NCBI GenBank assembly: GCA_963713825.1
Contig: CAVQNG010000003.1
Span: forward strand, 512,001-576,000
Length of the DNA: 64,000 nt
From: an uncultured Acidobacteriota bacterium
Lineage (GTDB): Bacteria; Acidobacteriota; Thermoanaerobaculia; Multivoradales; JAHEKO01
Direction of reading: 5' to 3'
Part shown: piece by piece, positions 17,575-28,873 of the stretch
Position numbering within the stretch: the stretch's first letter is position 1
How the letters are laid out: each line of letters begins with the position of its first letter
Notes under the pieces: model-generated
Database searches by the model: none
Told to the model about the DNA's origin: nothing
What the model saw: only the letters and a program-made list of their open reading frames with translations
Program-made: the position numbers and the translations under genes

Positions 17575-18225
17575 TCACTCCGATTGGTTGTCGCCGAGCT
17601 CTAGCGCCAGTTCCTTCAGGTAGGCGAGCATGAACTCCGTTCGCCTCCGGGCCTCCTTGTGTCCGGCCTCGGTCTGCATGCTGTCGGCCAGCAAGAGCAG
17701 CTTGGTGTAGAAGTGGTCGATCGTGGACACCGCATCGTCGGCAGCCCGCGCCTCACAGAACGGGTCCTCGACATCGTAGAGAGGGCGTTCGAGACTGCCT
17801 CCCAGCATCAGACAGCGGGCGACCCCGATGGCACCCAGAGAATCGAGCCGGTCTGCGTCCTGAACGATCTTGGCCTCAATCGTCCGAGGAGCGATTCCGG
17901 CAGTGAAGCTGTGGGCCTCGATAGCGTGCGCAATTCCGTCGAGGTAGACCGGATCGTAGCCAGAAGTCCGGAGCCACTGGCGTGCCGTTCGAGCCGCCAA
18001 CGCGGAAGCCGTCGATCTGTTCGGAGAGTCCTTGGCGACGACGACGCAATCGTGCAACCAGGCTGCGGGAAGGACCACCTCGAGCCCAACTCCTTCGGCT
18101 GCCGCCAGGACAAGCGCATTGGCCACGACTCGTCTGACATGGTCCAGCCCGTGAGCCGGATCGGCATCGCCCCCGTCGCGTAGGTAGCTCTCGAAAACCT
18201 CTTCCCATCGGTCCTGGTCCAGCAT
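17575..18225 (-). CDS. HD-domain phosphohydrolase (YedJ-like)
   Basis: DPAHGLDHVRRV, AWLHD, IEAHSF, VQDADRLDSLGAIG, HFYTKLL. Confidence 0.88.
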   Translation of the reverse strand: MLDQDRWEEVFESYLRDGGDADPAHGLDHVRRVVANALVLAAAEGVGLEVVLPAAWLHDCVVVAKDSPNRSTASALAARTARQWLRTSGYDPVYLDGIAHAIEAHSFTAGIAPRTIEAKIVQDADRLDSLGAIGVARCLMLGGSLERPLYDVEDPFCEARAADDAVSTIDHFYTKLLLLADSMQTEAGHKEARRRTEFMLAYLKELALELGDNQSE

Positions 18226-18281
18226 GGCTCTCCTTTCGAAGACTCCGAGAGGCTCGTGCGGTGAGACCGAGCCGTACTCTT

Positions 18282-18968
18282 CTACATCGCATCCAGATAG
18301 GACGGTCCGCCGAGTTGCTCCATCTGGCGAAGGATCCAGTCGGCGCGTTCTTCCACATACGGAGAGGGTCGGCCCGGGGACATCCTCTTCGGACTTGGAA
18401 GCACGGCCGCCATCAGGGCCGCTTCCCGAGCACTCAACTGCGAGGCCGGCTTGTTGAAGAAGCCTTCGGCAGCGGCCTCGGCTCCGAAGATGCCTGTTCC
18501 GAACTCCGCTATGTTCAGATAGATCTCCAGAACTCGCTGCTTCGGCCACAGGACCTCGACAAAGACGGTGAGATAGGCCTCGAGGCCCTTCCGGATCCAA
18601 CTGCGGCCGGACCAGAGAAAGAGATTCTTGACGACCTGCTGCGAGATGGTGCTGGCGCCTCGTCCCCTGGACCCCTCCTCTTCCAGGGCCGATCGGATGG
18701 ACTCGGTGTCGAATCCGCGGTGCTCGGGGAATTTCTGATCTTCTGACGCCACAACCGCAATCGGCAGGTGGGGAGAGATCGCCTCCCACGGAACCCATCG
18801 CTGATGGACCTCCACGCCCTCGGCCTGGGCCCGCATCATGAATGCGCTCGCCGGCGGCTCGAGCCAGCGCCAGGGCAACACGATCAGAATCGGTAGGCCG
18901 ACGGCACCCACAAGCGCCAGGTAGAAGGCTCGCACCCAGCGCTTGCCGCGTTGGCCCTTCCGACTCAC
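18282..18968 (-). CDS. mtgA: monofunctional biosynthetic peptidoglycan transglycosylase
   Basis: ASEDQKF..HRGFD, RGASTISQQVVKNLFL, RKGLE, KQRVLEIYLN, LPSP. Confidence 0.93.
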   Translation of the reverse strand: MSRKGQRGKRWVRAFYLALVGAVGLPILIVLPWRWLEPPASAFMMRAQAEGVEVHQRWVPWEAISPHLPIAVVASEDQKFPEHRGFDTESIRSALEEEGSRGRGASTISQQVVKNLFLWSGRSWIRKGLEAYLTVFVEVLWPKQRVLEIYLNIAEFGTGIFGAEAAAEGFFNKPASQLSAREAALMAAVLPSPKRMSPGRPSPYVEERADWILRQMEQLGGPSYLDAM

Positions 18969-18978
18969 AACTCGGCCC

Positions 18979-19317
18979 TCAAGAACTTCTTGGGCTGGAG
19001 AACTCGAGAAACTCGATCGGTGCACCGTCATCGACGATGAAGGCAACGGTGACTCCATCGGAGGGGCTATTGGGCTCGATCAGGATCTCTCTGCCGGCGA
19101 TGACGGCCGCTAGATCGGGCACCTCGAAGGCGACATGTGGAACGCGCTTCACGAGGTCGGGGGTCGGGCTGTCGTCCTCGAACCTCAGCCACTCCACACC
19201 AAACGGGCTTCGATCAAAGCTCGAGATGTAGACCTTGAACTCGGGCAGGTACTCCTCGTCGTCGCGCTTCTGCTGCGTCGGAATTCCGATGTGGTGGTAC
19301 TTCAGCTCAGTCGACAC
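18979..19317 (-). CDS. VOC/glyoxalase-like protein
   Basis: YHHIGIP, PHVAFEV-DL, VAFI..DGAPIEFLE. Confidence 0.7.
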   Translation of the reverse strand: MSTELKYHHIGIPTQQKRDDEEYLPEFKVYISSFDRSPFGVEWLRFEDDSPTPDLVKRVPHVAFEVPDLAAVIAGREILIEPNSPSDGVTVAFIVDDGAPIEFLEFSSPRSS

Positions 19318-19891
19318 CGTAAAACTCCTCGACGATCTCGAGCGCGGGCCTCGAGACAACGACATACGAAGGCAGCCCCAACCGCTTCCAAAGCCGGAAG
19401 CGATCTTCGGGATTCGGCTCGGACACCAGAAGCGAGATCACCGTTCCGTGGGTGACGACGGCCAGTGTCTCGTCGGGAAACTCGTCGAGCACGCCTTCGA
19501 TGGCCGTCGTGAAGCGAGTCCGAGTATCCTCGGCCGTCTCGTTGCCCACCACGACCATGTCCGGCTCGGCGAAGAACCGGCGGAAGGTCTCACGGTAGGC
19601 ATCGGCGCCGACGAATCCGAGACCGGTGCGATCGTTCTCCTGTAGATCCGGTCGAACGATATGACTACGACTCAATTCGGCGGCGAGGATCTCTGCCGTC
19701 TCTATCGCTTTCGGCTCATTGCTAGAGACGATTCGAGCGAGGTCGAAGCGTCGCAGCTTGTCAGCCAAGGGAGCGCAACGCTTGCGCCCCTCCTGGGACA
19801 GATGCCAGAACCGGGACTCCACCTGGATCTGCATCTCGGGAAGAGAGTGCTTGATCAGGACGAGTCTTGACTGCGTTTCTCGATCGGTCAT
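19307..19891 (-). CDS. histidine phosphatase (phosphoglycerate mutase-like) family protein
   Basis: LVLIKHS, LSQEGR, SSNEPKAIETA, VVTHGTVI; degenerate RHG motif. Confidence 0.75.
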   Translation of the reverse strand: MTDRETQSRLVLIKHSLPEMQIQVESRFWHLSQEGRKRCAPLADKLRRFDLARIVSSNEPKAIETAEILAAELSRSHIVRPDLQENDRTGLGFVGADAYRETFRRFFAEPDMVVVGNETAEDTRTRFTTAIEGVLDEFPDETLAVVTHGTVISLLVSEPNPEDRFRLWKRLGLPSYVVVSRPALEIVEEFYGVD

Positions 19892-19922
19892 CTCGATCCG
19901 CCGAATCCTCGGCCGACTCCCC

Positions 19923-20585
19923 TCAGGAACCGGCGATAGGAATCACGTAGAAAAGCACTGCAAAGAAGTGCAGCACGCTGCCAGCCAGGACGAACAGGTG
20001 CCAGACAGCGTGGTGATATGGCATCCGACGCAATCCGTAGAAGATGACACCTCCGGTGTATGCCAACCCCCCGAGTAGCAGCAGAAGTAGTCCTCCCGGA
20101 GCCACAGCGGAAAGCAGCGGCTTGGTCGCGACCACTACGACCCAACCCATGGCGACGTAGAGGACCACCGAAACGACCGTCCACTTTCGCAACATGGTCA
20201 CCTTGAAGACGATGCCCAGGGTGGCGATGCCCCAGACGACGCCCAAAATGGACCAGCCCCAAGGCCCTCGAAGATTCACCAGCATCAACGGCGTGTAGGT
20301 GCCGGCGATGAGCAGGAAGATCGCACAGTGGTCGAAAATGCGCAGAATCGACTTCGCCCGGGCGCTGGGTATGCTGTGGTAAAGCGTCGAGGTCAAGTAG
20401 GAAAGGACTAGTGTCGCACCGAAGATACTGCAGCCGACGATGTGCCAGGCGGTGCCGCGCAGGACTGCGAACGCAACCAGCGTCGCCAGCCCAGCTATGG
20501 CGAGGAGTAGGCCGACACCATGCGTGATGCTGTTGGCAATCTCTTCAGCCGTACTGTATCGGGCCACCTGGGTTCGCGTGCTCAT
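19923..20585 (-). CDS. hemolysin III / PAQR family membrane protein (TrhA-like)
   Basis: EEIANSITHG, STLYHS, DHCAIFLLIAGTYTP, HAVWHLFVLAGS. Confidence 0.92.
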   Translation of the reverse strand: MSTRTQVARYSTAEEIANSITHGVGLLLAIAGLATLVAFAVLRGTAWHIVGCSIFGATLVLSYLTSTLYHSIPSARAKSILRIFDHCAIFLLIAGTYTPLMLVNLRGPWGWSILGVVWGIATLGIVFKVTMLRKWTVVSVVLYVAMGWVVVVATKPLLSAVAPGGLLLLLLGGLAYTGGVIFYGLRRMPYHHAVWHLFVLAGSVLHFFAVLFYVIPIAGS

Positions 20586-20631
20586 CGACTGAACTCTATC
20601 TCACTGTGAACAAGATCTGCCTTGGCAAGGC

Positions 20632-21327
20632 TCACATCCCCGCTAGTGCCACCAGACTGGCCAGGTCGGGGATCTCCAGGTCGGGGGAGGCCTGCGTGGG
20701 CTTTGCAACTCCGACACCCGGGCAGCGGCTAGCACGATTCACCCAAACGGTGGTGAAGCCGAGCTGTTGGGCCGGGGCATGATCATGAAAGAGACTTTGG
20801 GCCACATGCAGTACCTGCTCTTGCGGCACCTGGAGGCGCTCCAAGGCAACTTGAAAGTTCAACAGTGACGGCTTATAGCTCTCGACCTGCTGGGCCGTGA
20901 TGACTTCGTCGAAGTCGACTCCCAAGCCCGCTTCCGTCGCGGCGAAAAGATCATCATCGATATTGGACAGGATGACCAGCTCGAAACCCATTTGCAGGCG
21001 TTGCAGAGCTTCGACACTGTCGGCAAACGGCGGCCACACTCCGACCGACTTCGGCAGCGCCAGAAAGTCGGCCTCGGACGGAGTGAATGCCAGCTCGTGC
21101 CCCATGCCATCCATCACTCCCATCAGGACCCGCTTGTAGGTCTTATAGGTACCGGCCTCCTGCTCCGCCTCGAGTCGAGCGTACAACTGCAGGATTTCGG
21201 CCTCTTCAATGGAGACCCCGTGGCGCTCCAACACGGCATTGACGGCCGAGAGAATTCCAGTCTCCCAATCGATGATTGTGCCGTAGCAATCGAACGTCAG
21301 GTGAGTGAACTTCTCGAAATCGATCAT
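20632..21327 (-). CDS. HAD-superfamily hydrolase (haloacid dehalogenase type II-like)
   Basis: TFDCYGTIIDWETG, ILSNID, SYKP, HVAQSLFHD. Confidence 0.88.
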   Translation of the reverse strand: MIDFEKFTHLTFDCYGTIIDWETGILSAVNAVLERHGVSIEEAEILQLYARLEAEQEAGTYKTYKRVLMGVMDGMGHELAFTPSEADFLALPKSVGVWPPFADSVEALQRLQMGFELVILSNIDDDLFAATEAGLGVDFDEVITAQQVESYKPSLLNFQVALERLQVPQEQVLHVAQSLFHDHAPAQQLGFTTVWVNRASRCPGVGVAKPTQASPDLEIPDLASLVALAGM

Positions 21328-21376
21328 CGCAGTAATCACTGGGGCCGCGAGCCGGGAACTCGATTCTCGCTCTTGC

Positions 21377-21940
21377 TCATGATGCCGCGTATGCCTTTTT
21401 CATCCAGGCGACGAGCTCCGGATTCACCTCGTTGGCGGCGCTCAGACGGACCCGGTGAGAGACCATCGCATTGAAGCTCCCTGAAGCCTCGAGGCGCTCG
21501 GTAGGCTCGGCACCTTTGAGGTTGATTCCCACATCGACCCGGGTCTTCGTCGAGGGCTGAATGATCCCGAACTGCTGGTTGCGTCTCAGGCTCACATAGG
21601 CCTTCTTGGGAGCGATCTCGACGTCCGGCCCGAATTTCGAGATCTCGGCGATCAAGGCGTCGTAGATGGGGCGCAAATCCGCTTTGGGTCCAGAGTATTG
21701 GCTCTCGACCAGTTCGTTCTCCGTCGGCTGAGGCTGTCCAGCCCGCAGGGTCTCGTGGGCCACCATATTCGCGTACCCGTGGGTCATGCCGTGCTCCGAC
21801 TTCAAGAGCTTGACGATCTGACCGTGCTTCTCGAGCCCGCTGGCCCTGGTGATCTCGAGCCAACCAGCCAGGTCCTTGCCCGTCTTGTCTTCGAGATTGG
21901 CGATCATCGAAGCTGCCATTTCCTCGGGGGTCTTTGCCAT
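21377..21940 (-). CDS. DUF4287/DUF5655 domain protein
   Basis: NLEDKTGK..W, KSEHGMTHGYAN, PKKAYVSLRR..QF. Confidence 0.75.
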   Translation of the reverse strand: MAKTPEEMAASMIANLEDKTGKDLAGWLEITRASGLEKHGQIVKLLKSEHGMTHGYANMVAHETLRAGQPQPTENELVESQYSGPKADLRPIYDALIAEISKFGPDVEIAPKKAYVSLRRNQQFGIIQPSTKTRVDVGINLKGAEPTERLEASGSFNAMVSHRVRLSAANEVNPELVAWMKKAYAAS

Positions 21941-21987
21941 AGGGAGTCCTCCTGCCATTTCGTGTTCGGCCAGCGACTTCAACTCAC

Positions 21988-23409
<1,422 letters not shown>

Positions 23410-23442
23410 TTCAGGTCTCCTTCGAACCGGGATCCAAGAGCG

Positions 23443-24759
23443 TCACAGCAGGAGGCGCCGCAGATCGGAAAGCAGCCCACAGAGGTAGGTCGTGAATCGA
23501 ACTCCCAGAGCGCCGTCGATGACCCTGTGGTCGTAGGACAACGAGATAGGCAGCATCAGTCGGGCAGTGAACTCATCGCCATTCCAGACCGGGCGCATCG
23601 CCGCCCGCGACACTCCCAAGATAGCCACCTCGGGAGCGTTGACGATCGGTGTGAAGTCGGTGCCACCAATGCCGCCGAGGCTGGTGATCGTGAACGACGC
23701 CCCCTGGACCTGATCGGGTCGCAGCTTGCCCTGTCGTGCTTGTTCGCTGGTCTCGGCCAGCTCTTTCGCCAGTTCGAAGACCCCCTTCTGATCGACGTTG
23801 CGGATGACTGGCACCATCAGACCCTGCTCGGTGTCTACCGCGACGCCCAGGTGGTAGTACTTCTTCAGGATCACGTGCTCGCCGTCCGGGTCGAGAGAGC
23901 TGTTGACACGGGGGAAGTGCTGCAAAGCACCCACCGTAGCTTTCATCAAGAAGGCGACGGGAGTCAGGTTGAACCCTCGAGCTCTGGCCTCTTCGGCGTG
24001 GGCGCGTCGAAACGCGTCCATCTCGGTGATGTCCGCCTCGTCGTGCTGCGTGACATGGGCAACGTGCAACCAGCTCCGGTGCACATTGGTCTTGGAGATC
24101 ATCTGAATGCGGGTCAGCGGTTGGCGCTCGACCTCTCCAAAGCGGGAGAAATCGATGACCGGCATCTCGGGTAATCCGGCAGAGCCCTGGCCCTGCGGTT
24201 GAGACAGCGTCTTCTTGACGAAACCCTGCACGTCTTCTCTCAGGACCCGCCCCTTGCGGCCGGTGCCCTTCACCCTCGCCAGGTTCACTCCGAGCTCGCG
24301 AGCATAGCGTCGAATGGCCGGGCTGGCATGAGTCGTGGTGTGCGGAAACTCGTCGACAGGAGCCGGAGACAGGTCCGCCCGCGATGCAGAGATCGTCGGA
24401 GTCGCGGGCGCAGGCGCCACGGGCTCTGCAGCCTGTGGCTTCTCCACGGGCGCGGGAGGTGCAGGGGCTTCTGGCTTCGACTCCTCCGGAGCCGGCGCGG
24501 ATTCCGCGGCCGCCGCCTCGTCGATCTCCAGCACGAGGATCACCGCGCCTTCGCCGATCTTGTCGCCCATCTTGACCTTGACCTCGACCACTTTGCCGGC
24601 GAGCGGTGATGGCACCTCCATCGTCGCCTTGTCGCTCTCCAGGGTGATGAGGGGGTCTTCGACTTCGACCGCGTCGCCCGGACTCACCAGCACCTCGACG
24701 ATCTCGACGGAGTCGAAATCACCGATGTCCGGAACCAGGATCTCTTCAGTTTTGGGCAT
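23443..24759 (-). CDS. aceF: pyruvate dehydrogenase E2, one lipoyl domain
   Basis: ESDKATME lipoyl site, HASPAIRR E3-binding domain, YDHRVIDG. Confidence 0.94.
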   Translation of the reverse strand: MPKTEEILVPDIGDFDSVEIVEVLVSPGDAVEVEDPLITLESDKATMEVPSPLAGKVVEVKVKMGDKIGEGAVILVLEIDEAAAAESAPAPEESKPEAPAPPAPVEKPQAAEPVAPAPATPTISASRADLSPAPVDEFPHTTTHASPAIRRYARELGVNLARVKGTGRKGRVLREDVQGFVKKTLSQPQGQGSAGLPEMPVIDFSRFGEVERQPLTRIQMISKTNVHRSWLHVAHVTQHDEADITEMDAFRRAHAEEARARGFNLTPVAFLMKATVGALQHFPRVNSSLDPDGEHVILKKYYHLGVAVDTEQGLMVPVIRNVDQKGVFELAKELAETSEQARQGKLRPDQVQGASFTITSLGGIGGTDFTPIVNAPEVAILGVSRAAMRPVWNGDEFTARLMLPISLSYDHRVIDGALGVRFTTYLCGLLSDLRRLLL

Positions 24760-24770
24760 CGGTCAGCTCC

Positions 24771-27464
24771 CTACACCGTCCAAGGATCCGGCGCCTCGGG
24801 ATCGATGTCGTACTTCTGGATCGCTTCGGCTACCTTGGCTGCTGGCATCTTGCCGTTATCAGCCAGCGCCTTGAGTGCCGCCACGGCCACCTGATAGCGA
24901 TCGACTTCGAAGAAGCGCCGCAGCCGCTGCCGGGTATCACTGCGACCGAATCCGTCGGTCCCCAAGGTCAGATAGCGGCCTGGCACCCAGGGGCGGATCT
25001 GGTCGGCAACTGCCCTCATGTAGTCGGTCGAGGCGATCACCGGGCCCTCCTGACCCTCCAGGCACTGCTCGACGTAGCTCTGCTTCGGCTTTGCGGTTGG
25101 ATGGAGGCGATTCCAGCGCTCGGTCGCCATACCGTCTCGGCGCAGCTGGTTGAAGCTTGTCGTGCTCCAGATATCGGACCCGACGCCGAAGTCCTGCTGC
25201 AAGAGATCGGCACCGGCAATGACCTCTCGCAGGATAGAGCCACTGCCCAGGAGTTGCACTCTGGGCTGCTTCGACTTGGGCTTTCCCCCTGCCGCCTTCC
25301 GCAACAGATACAGACCCTTGCAGATGGCCTCCTCGACTCCCTTCGGCATCGGCGGATGAGGGTAGTTCTCGTTCAGCAGCGTGATGTAGTAGAAGACCGA
25401 CTCGTCGTCCGCATACATCCTTTTGAGACCATCCTGCAGAATCACTGCCAGCTCATACCCGTAGGTCGGGTCGTAGGAACGACAATTGGGTACCGTCGAG
25501 GACAACAGGTGGCTGTGGCCGTCCTGGTGCTGCAGCCCTTCCCCGTTGAGGGTTGTGCGCCCCGAGGTTGCACCCATGAGAAAGCCCTTGGCCTGCATGT
25601 CGGCAGCGGCCCAGATGAGGTCGCCGATGCGCTGGAATCCGAACATGGAGTAGAAGATGAAGAACGGCACCATCGGAATGCCGTGGTTGACGTGGGATGT
25701 CCCGGCGGCGATCCACGACGACAGGGAGCCCGCCTCGGAGATGCCCTCCTGCAAGATCTGCCCGTGCTTCTCCTCGCGGTAGTAGGCCAACTGGTCCGCA
25801 TCCTCGGGCGTGTAGAGCTGCCCCGTCGGTGCGTAGATGCCGACCTGTCGAAACATCCCCTCCATGCCGAACGTCCGCGCCTCGTCCGCCACGATCGGCA
25901 CGATGTGATCCTTGATCTTTTTGTCGCGGGTCAGGGACATGAGGAGTCGAACAAAGGCCATGGTGGTAGAGACTTCGCGGTCGCCACTGCCTTCCGCGAC
26001 GCTGCTGAAGGTGGACAGATCGGGAACGTCCAGCTTCTCTGCCGCTTCGGGCCGCCGAATGGGGATGTATCCCCCGAGAGCCTCCCGGCGCTCCCTCAAA
26101 TACCGCATGGGGGCGCTGTCCTCGGCCGGCTTGTAGAACGGCAGCCCCTCCACCCGGTCTTCGGCGATAGGGATGTTGAATCGATCCCGGAACAGGCGCA
26201 GCTCTTCCTCGCCCATCTTCTTCTGCTGGTGGGTGATGTTCTGCCCCTCGCCAGCCTCACCCATTCCATAGCCCTTGACGGTCTTGGCCAGGATCACGGT
26301 GGGCTGGCCCGTGTGCTTGACGGCTGCCGCATAGGCGGCGTAGACCTTCTGGGGGTCATGTCCGCCGCGACCGAGCCGCCAGATCTCCTGATCGGACATG
26401 TTCGCCACCATCTCTGCCAGCTCCGGATAGGCGCCGAAGAAGTGCTTGCGAATGTAGTCACCGTCGGCCGTGACGTAGGCCTGATACTCGCCATCGACAG
26501 TCTCTTCCATTCGTCGCCGCAGAAGTCCCGACGTGTCCTTGGCCAACAATGGGTCCCAGTTCGAGCCCCAGACGACCTTGATCACGTTCCATCCGGCACC
26601 CCGGAACACCGCTTCCAGCTCCTGGATGATCTTGCCGTTGCCGCGCACGGGGCCATCGAGGCGCTGCAGGTTGCAGTTGATGACGAAGATGAGATTGTCC
26701 AGTTTCTCCCGCGAGCCCAGCGAGATGGCCCCCAGCGACTCCGGCTCGTCCATCTCCCCGTCGCCCAGAAAAGCCCAGACCTTGCGACCCTCGGTGTCGA
26801 TGATGCCCCGGTTGTGGAGGTACTTCATGAAGCGCGCCTGGTAGATCGCCGAGATCGAGGTGAGACCCATGGAGACCGTGGGAAAACGCCAGAAATCCGG
26901 CATGAGCCAGGGATGGGGATAGGAGGGAATCCCCTCGCCGCCCACCTCCTGCCGGAAATTGGCCATCTGCTCTTCGGTGATACGGCCTTCGAGAAAGGCT
27001 CGAGCGTAGACGCCTGGCGAGCTGTGACCCTGGATCATCACCAGGTCGCACCGGTGATCGTCCCCAGGGCCATGAAAGAAGTGATTGAATCCGACCTCCA
27101 GCAGAGTTGCCACAGATTGGTAGGTCGCGATGTGACCGCCCAGATCCAGGCCTTCCCGGTTGGCTCTCACCACCATGGCCATGGCATTCCACCGGATGAT
27201 GCTCTTGATCCGACGCTCCAGGGCTGGGTCGCCTTGCCGGCGCTCTTCCTGATGCACGGGAATCGTGTTCAGGTAGGCGGTCGTTGCGTTGTAGGGCAGA
27301 TAGGCGCCCGAGCGGCGCGCCTTGTCGACCAATGACTCAATGAGAAAGTGGGCCCGCTCGGGGCCGTCTCTCTCGATGACCTCCTCGAGCGCCTCTTTCC
27401 ACTCCCGGGTCTCTTGAGAGTCGAGATCCTGATCGAGGGGGTTGTTCTCTCGTTCCGTATTCAT
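24771..27464 (-). CDS. aceE: pyruvate dehydrogenase E1, homodimeric type
   Basis: QGHSSPG, FPTVSMGL, GDGEMDEPES, NCNLQRLDGPV, GEGLQHQDG. Confidence 0.96.
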   Translation of the reverse strand: MNTERENNPLDQDLDSQETREWKEALEEVIERDGPERAHFLIESLVDKARRSGAYLPYNATTAYLNTIPVHQEERRQGDPALERRIKSIIRWNAMAMVVRANREGLDLGGHIATYQSVATLLEVGFNHFFHGPGDDHRCDLVMIQGHSSPGVYARAFLEGRITEEQMANFRQEVGGEGIPSYPHPWLMPDFWRFPTVSMGLTSISAIYQARFMKYLHNRGIIDTEGRKVWAFLGDGEMDEPESLGAISLGSREKLDNLIFVINCNLQRLDGPVRGNGKIIQELEAVFRGAGWNVIKVVWGSNWDPLLAKDTSGLLRRRMEETVDGEYQAYVTADGDYIRKHFFGAYPELAEMVANMSDQEIWRLGRGGHDPQKVYAAYAAAVKHTGQPTVILAKTVKGYGMGEAGEGQNITHQQKKMGEEELRLFRDRFNIPIAEDRVEGLPFYKPAEDSAPMRYLRERREALGGYIPIRRPEAAEKLDVPDLSTFSSVAEGSGDREVSTTMAFVRLLMSLTRDKKIKDHIVPIVADEARTFGMEGMFRQVGIYAPTGQLYTPEDADQLAYYREEKHGQILQEGISEAGSLSSWIAAGTSHVNHGIPMVPFFIFYSMFGFQRIGDLIWAAADMQAKGFLMGATSGRTTLNGEGLQHQDGHSHLLSSTVPNCRSYDPTYGYELAVILQDGLKRMYADDESVFYYITLLNENYPHPPMPKGVEEAICKGLYLLRKAAGGKPKSKQPRVQLLGSGSILREVIAGADLLQQDFGVGSDIWSTTSFNQLRRDGMATERWNRLHPTAKPKQSYVEQCLEGQEGPVIASTDYMRAVADQIRPWVPGRYLTLGTDGFGRSDTRQRLRRFFEVDRYQVAVAALKALADNGKMPAAKVAEAIQKYDIDPEAPDPWTV

Positions 27465-27575
27465 GATTCCTACACCTCTAGGTCTGTGTGGCGGCCGGAA
27501 ACCACCTCACCCAACCTGATCCTTCCGGTTCTTCGCGGTGTCCTTCGCGAGCGTCGGCGTATTCTATGCCACCGT

Positions 27576-28847
27576 CTACGAGGCCGGGACCTCCGCACCC
27601 TCACCCAGAAGAAGAGTCAACGGAATCTCTGCTACGCGCAGATGCGAACTCTCACCCTCGGCCACGTCCACCCAGATCAGAAAAAGCTGTTCCTCGATCC
27701 GCTCGAGGCGAGGGAAGCCACTGGCTCGGGCATTCTGGGTCTCCGCCACGACGAAGGTCCGTTCGAGGTTCCCGGCCGAGGACAGCAAGCCCAGCATCAC
27801 CCTGGCCTTGTCGCTACCGCTCGCCAGCCAGCTCACGACCGCAACACCCTCACCCGCCGAGGCTAGATCCACCCGGCCAACGGGATTGTCCGCATCGATG
27901 AGGATCGGCTCTCCGAAGCTGGTGCCGCCATCCCGCGAAATGGCAGCCTTCACGCATGGCTCGTCTGAGGCCGCGGTGAACCAGGCCACAAAGAGGTCTT
28001 CGCCCGCAATGGCGGTGGCTGGGCCGTTGACAGGGCAGCCCGGAATCACCCACTCATCCGACGCCACCGGCGTCGTGGGGCTCCATTGCCCTACCTCGCG
28101 TCGCACGATAGCGATATCTCGGACCTCTGTTTGGCTTCGATCTCGAAACACCACGAGGGGCTCCCCGCCAACAACAGCCGCCGTTGTGGCGCAACAGTCG
28201 CAAACCCGCTCATCCAGGACCTCGGAGGGCGAAACCTCTTCCCGAACGACCGTTGTACGTAGGCTCATCGGCCCCTCGTCGAGCATCGCTCGGCCATCAA
28301 GCCAGAATGCCCGCACCGCATCTCCTTCCGTTACCCAGGAGACGAACCCATGCTCCGTCGGGGTCACGTCGTCGTTCAGTGGGCCCAGCGGTCGCCAGGT
28401 CAGACCCTGATCTGTGGAGCGTGCGAGAAGGATCGAGTAGGCGTAGGTTTCTCCCCCTGTCTTGGCGAGCCAGTGGGCGAGAAGACTACCGTCGTTCGCC
28501 TCGATCAAAGCTGGAATATCGGCCCAATTGGCAAAGAAGTCGCCGCCTTCAGCAATCGTCGTGGGCACCAGCCAATCACCATCAACCAGGCGGGAGAACC
28601 GCAACCGATGGCCCGAGCCTTCGGCCTGGGGCTCGCCTACTTCCAACCACGTAGCTGCCAATCGGCCGTCTACGACGGCCAGGTTCGGAGCCAGGGCACC
28701 AGGCCTGGCGGGCGGATCGACCGCCCTCCACTTCAGATCGACTTCTGCCAGGGTTCCAGGGGGGTCTTCAAGCTCTGGGGACGAGCCACCATCCGGCGAA
28801 CATGCTGCAAAGCAGACCACCCACGCCAGCACGCCGCAGGAAAGCAA
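27576..28847 (-). CDS. BNR/Asp-box (sialidase-like) beta-propeller lipoprotein
   Basis: FAAC lipobox; Asp-boxes STDQGLTW and SRDGGTSF; NWADIP, CDCC and GCPVNGP motifs. Confidence 0.75.
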   Translation of the reverse strand: MLSCGVLAWVVCFAACSPDGGSSPELEDPPGTLAEVDLKWRAVDPPARPGALAPNLAVVDGRLAATWLEVGEPQAEGSGHRLRFSRLVDGDWLVPTTIAEGGDFFANWADIPALIEANDGSLLAHWLAKTGGETYAYSILLARSTDQGLTWRPLGPLNDDVTPTEHGFVSWVTEGDAVRAFWLDGRAMLDEGPMSLRTTVVREEVSPSEVLDERVCDCCATTAAVVGGEPLVVFRDRSQTEVRDIAIVRREVGQWSPTTPVASDEWVIPGCPVNGPATAIAGEDLFVAWFTAASDEPCVKAAISRDGGTSFGEPILIDADNPVGRVDLASAGEGVAVVSWLASGSDKARVMLGLLSSAGNLERTFVVAETQNARASGFPRLERIEEQLFLIWVDVAEGESSHLRVAEIPLTLLLGEGAEVPAS

Positions 28848-28873
28848 CCAGCTCGCTGACCGAGTAGGGCTCC

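Noticed and set aside
17239-18968. Prophage lysis cassette (holin-like gene near a transglycosylase)
   Set aside because: MtgA is a biosynthetic, not lytic, enzyme and no phage structural or integrase genes are in the window.
25101-27335. 744-aa plus-strand ORF (and similar long ORFs 58558..60480, 29727..31061, 56604..57899)
   Set aside because: Antisense shadows of real genes (aceE, rpoD, M14 peptidase etc.), typical of high-GC coding DNA; no recognisable motifs.
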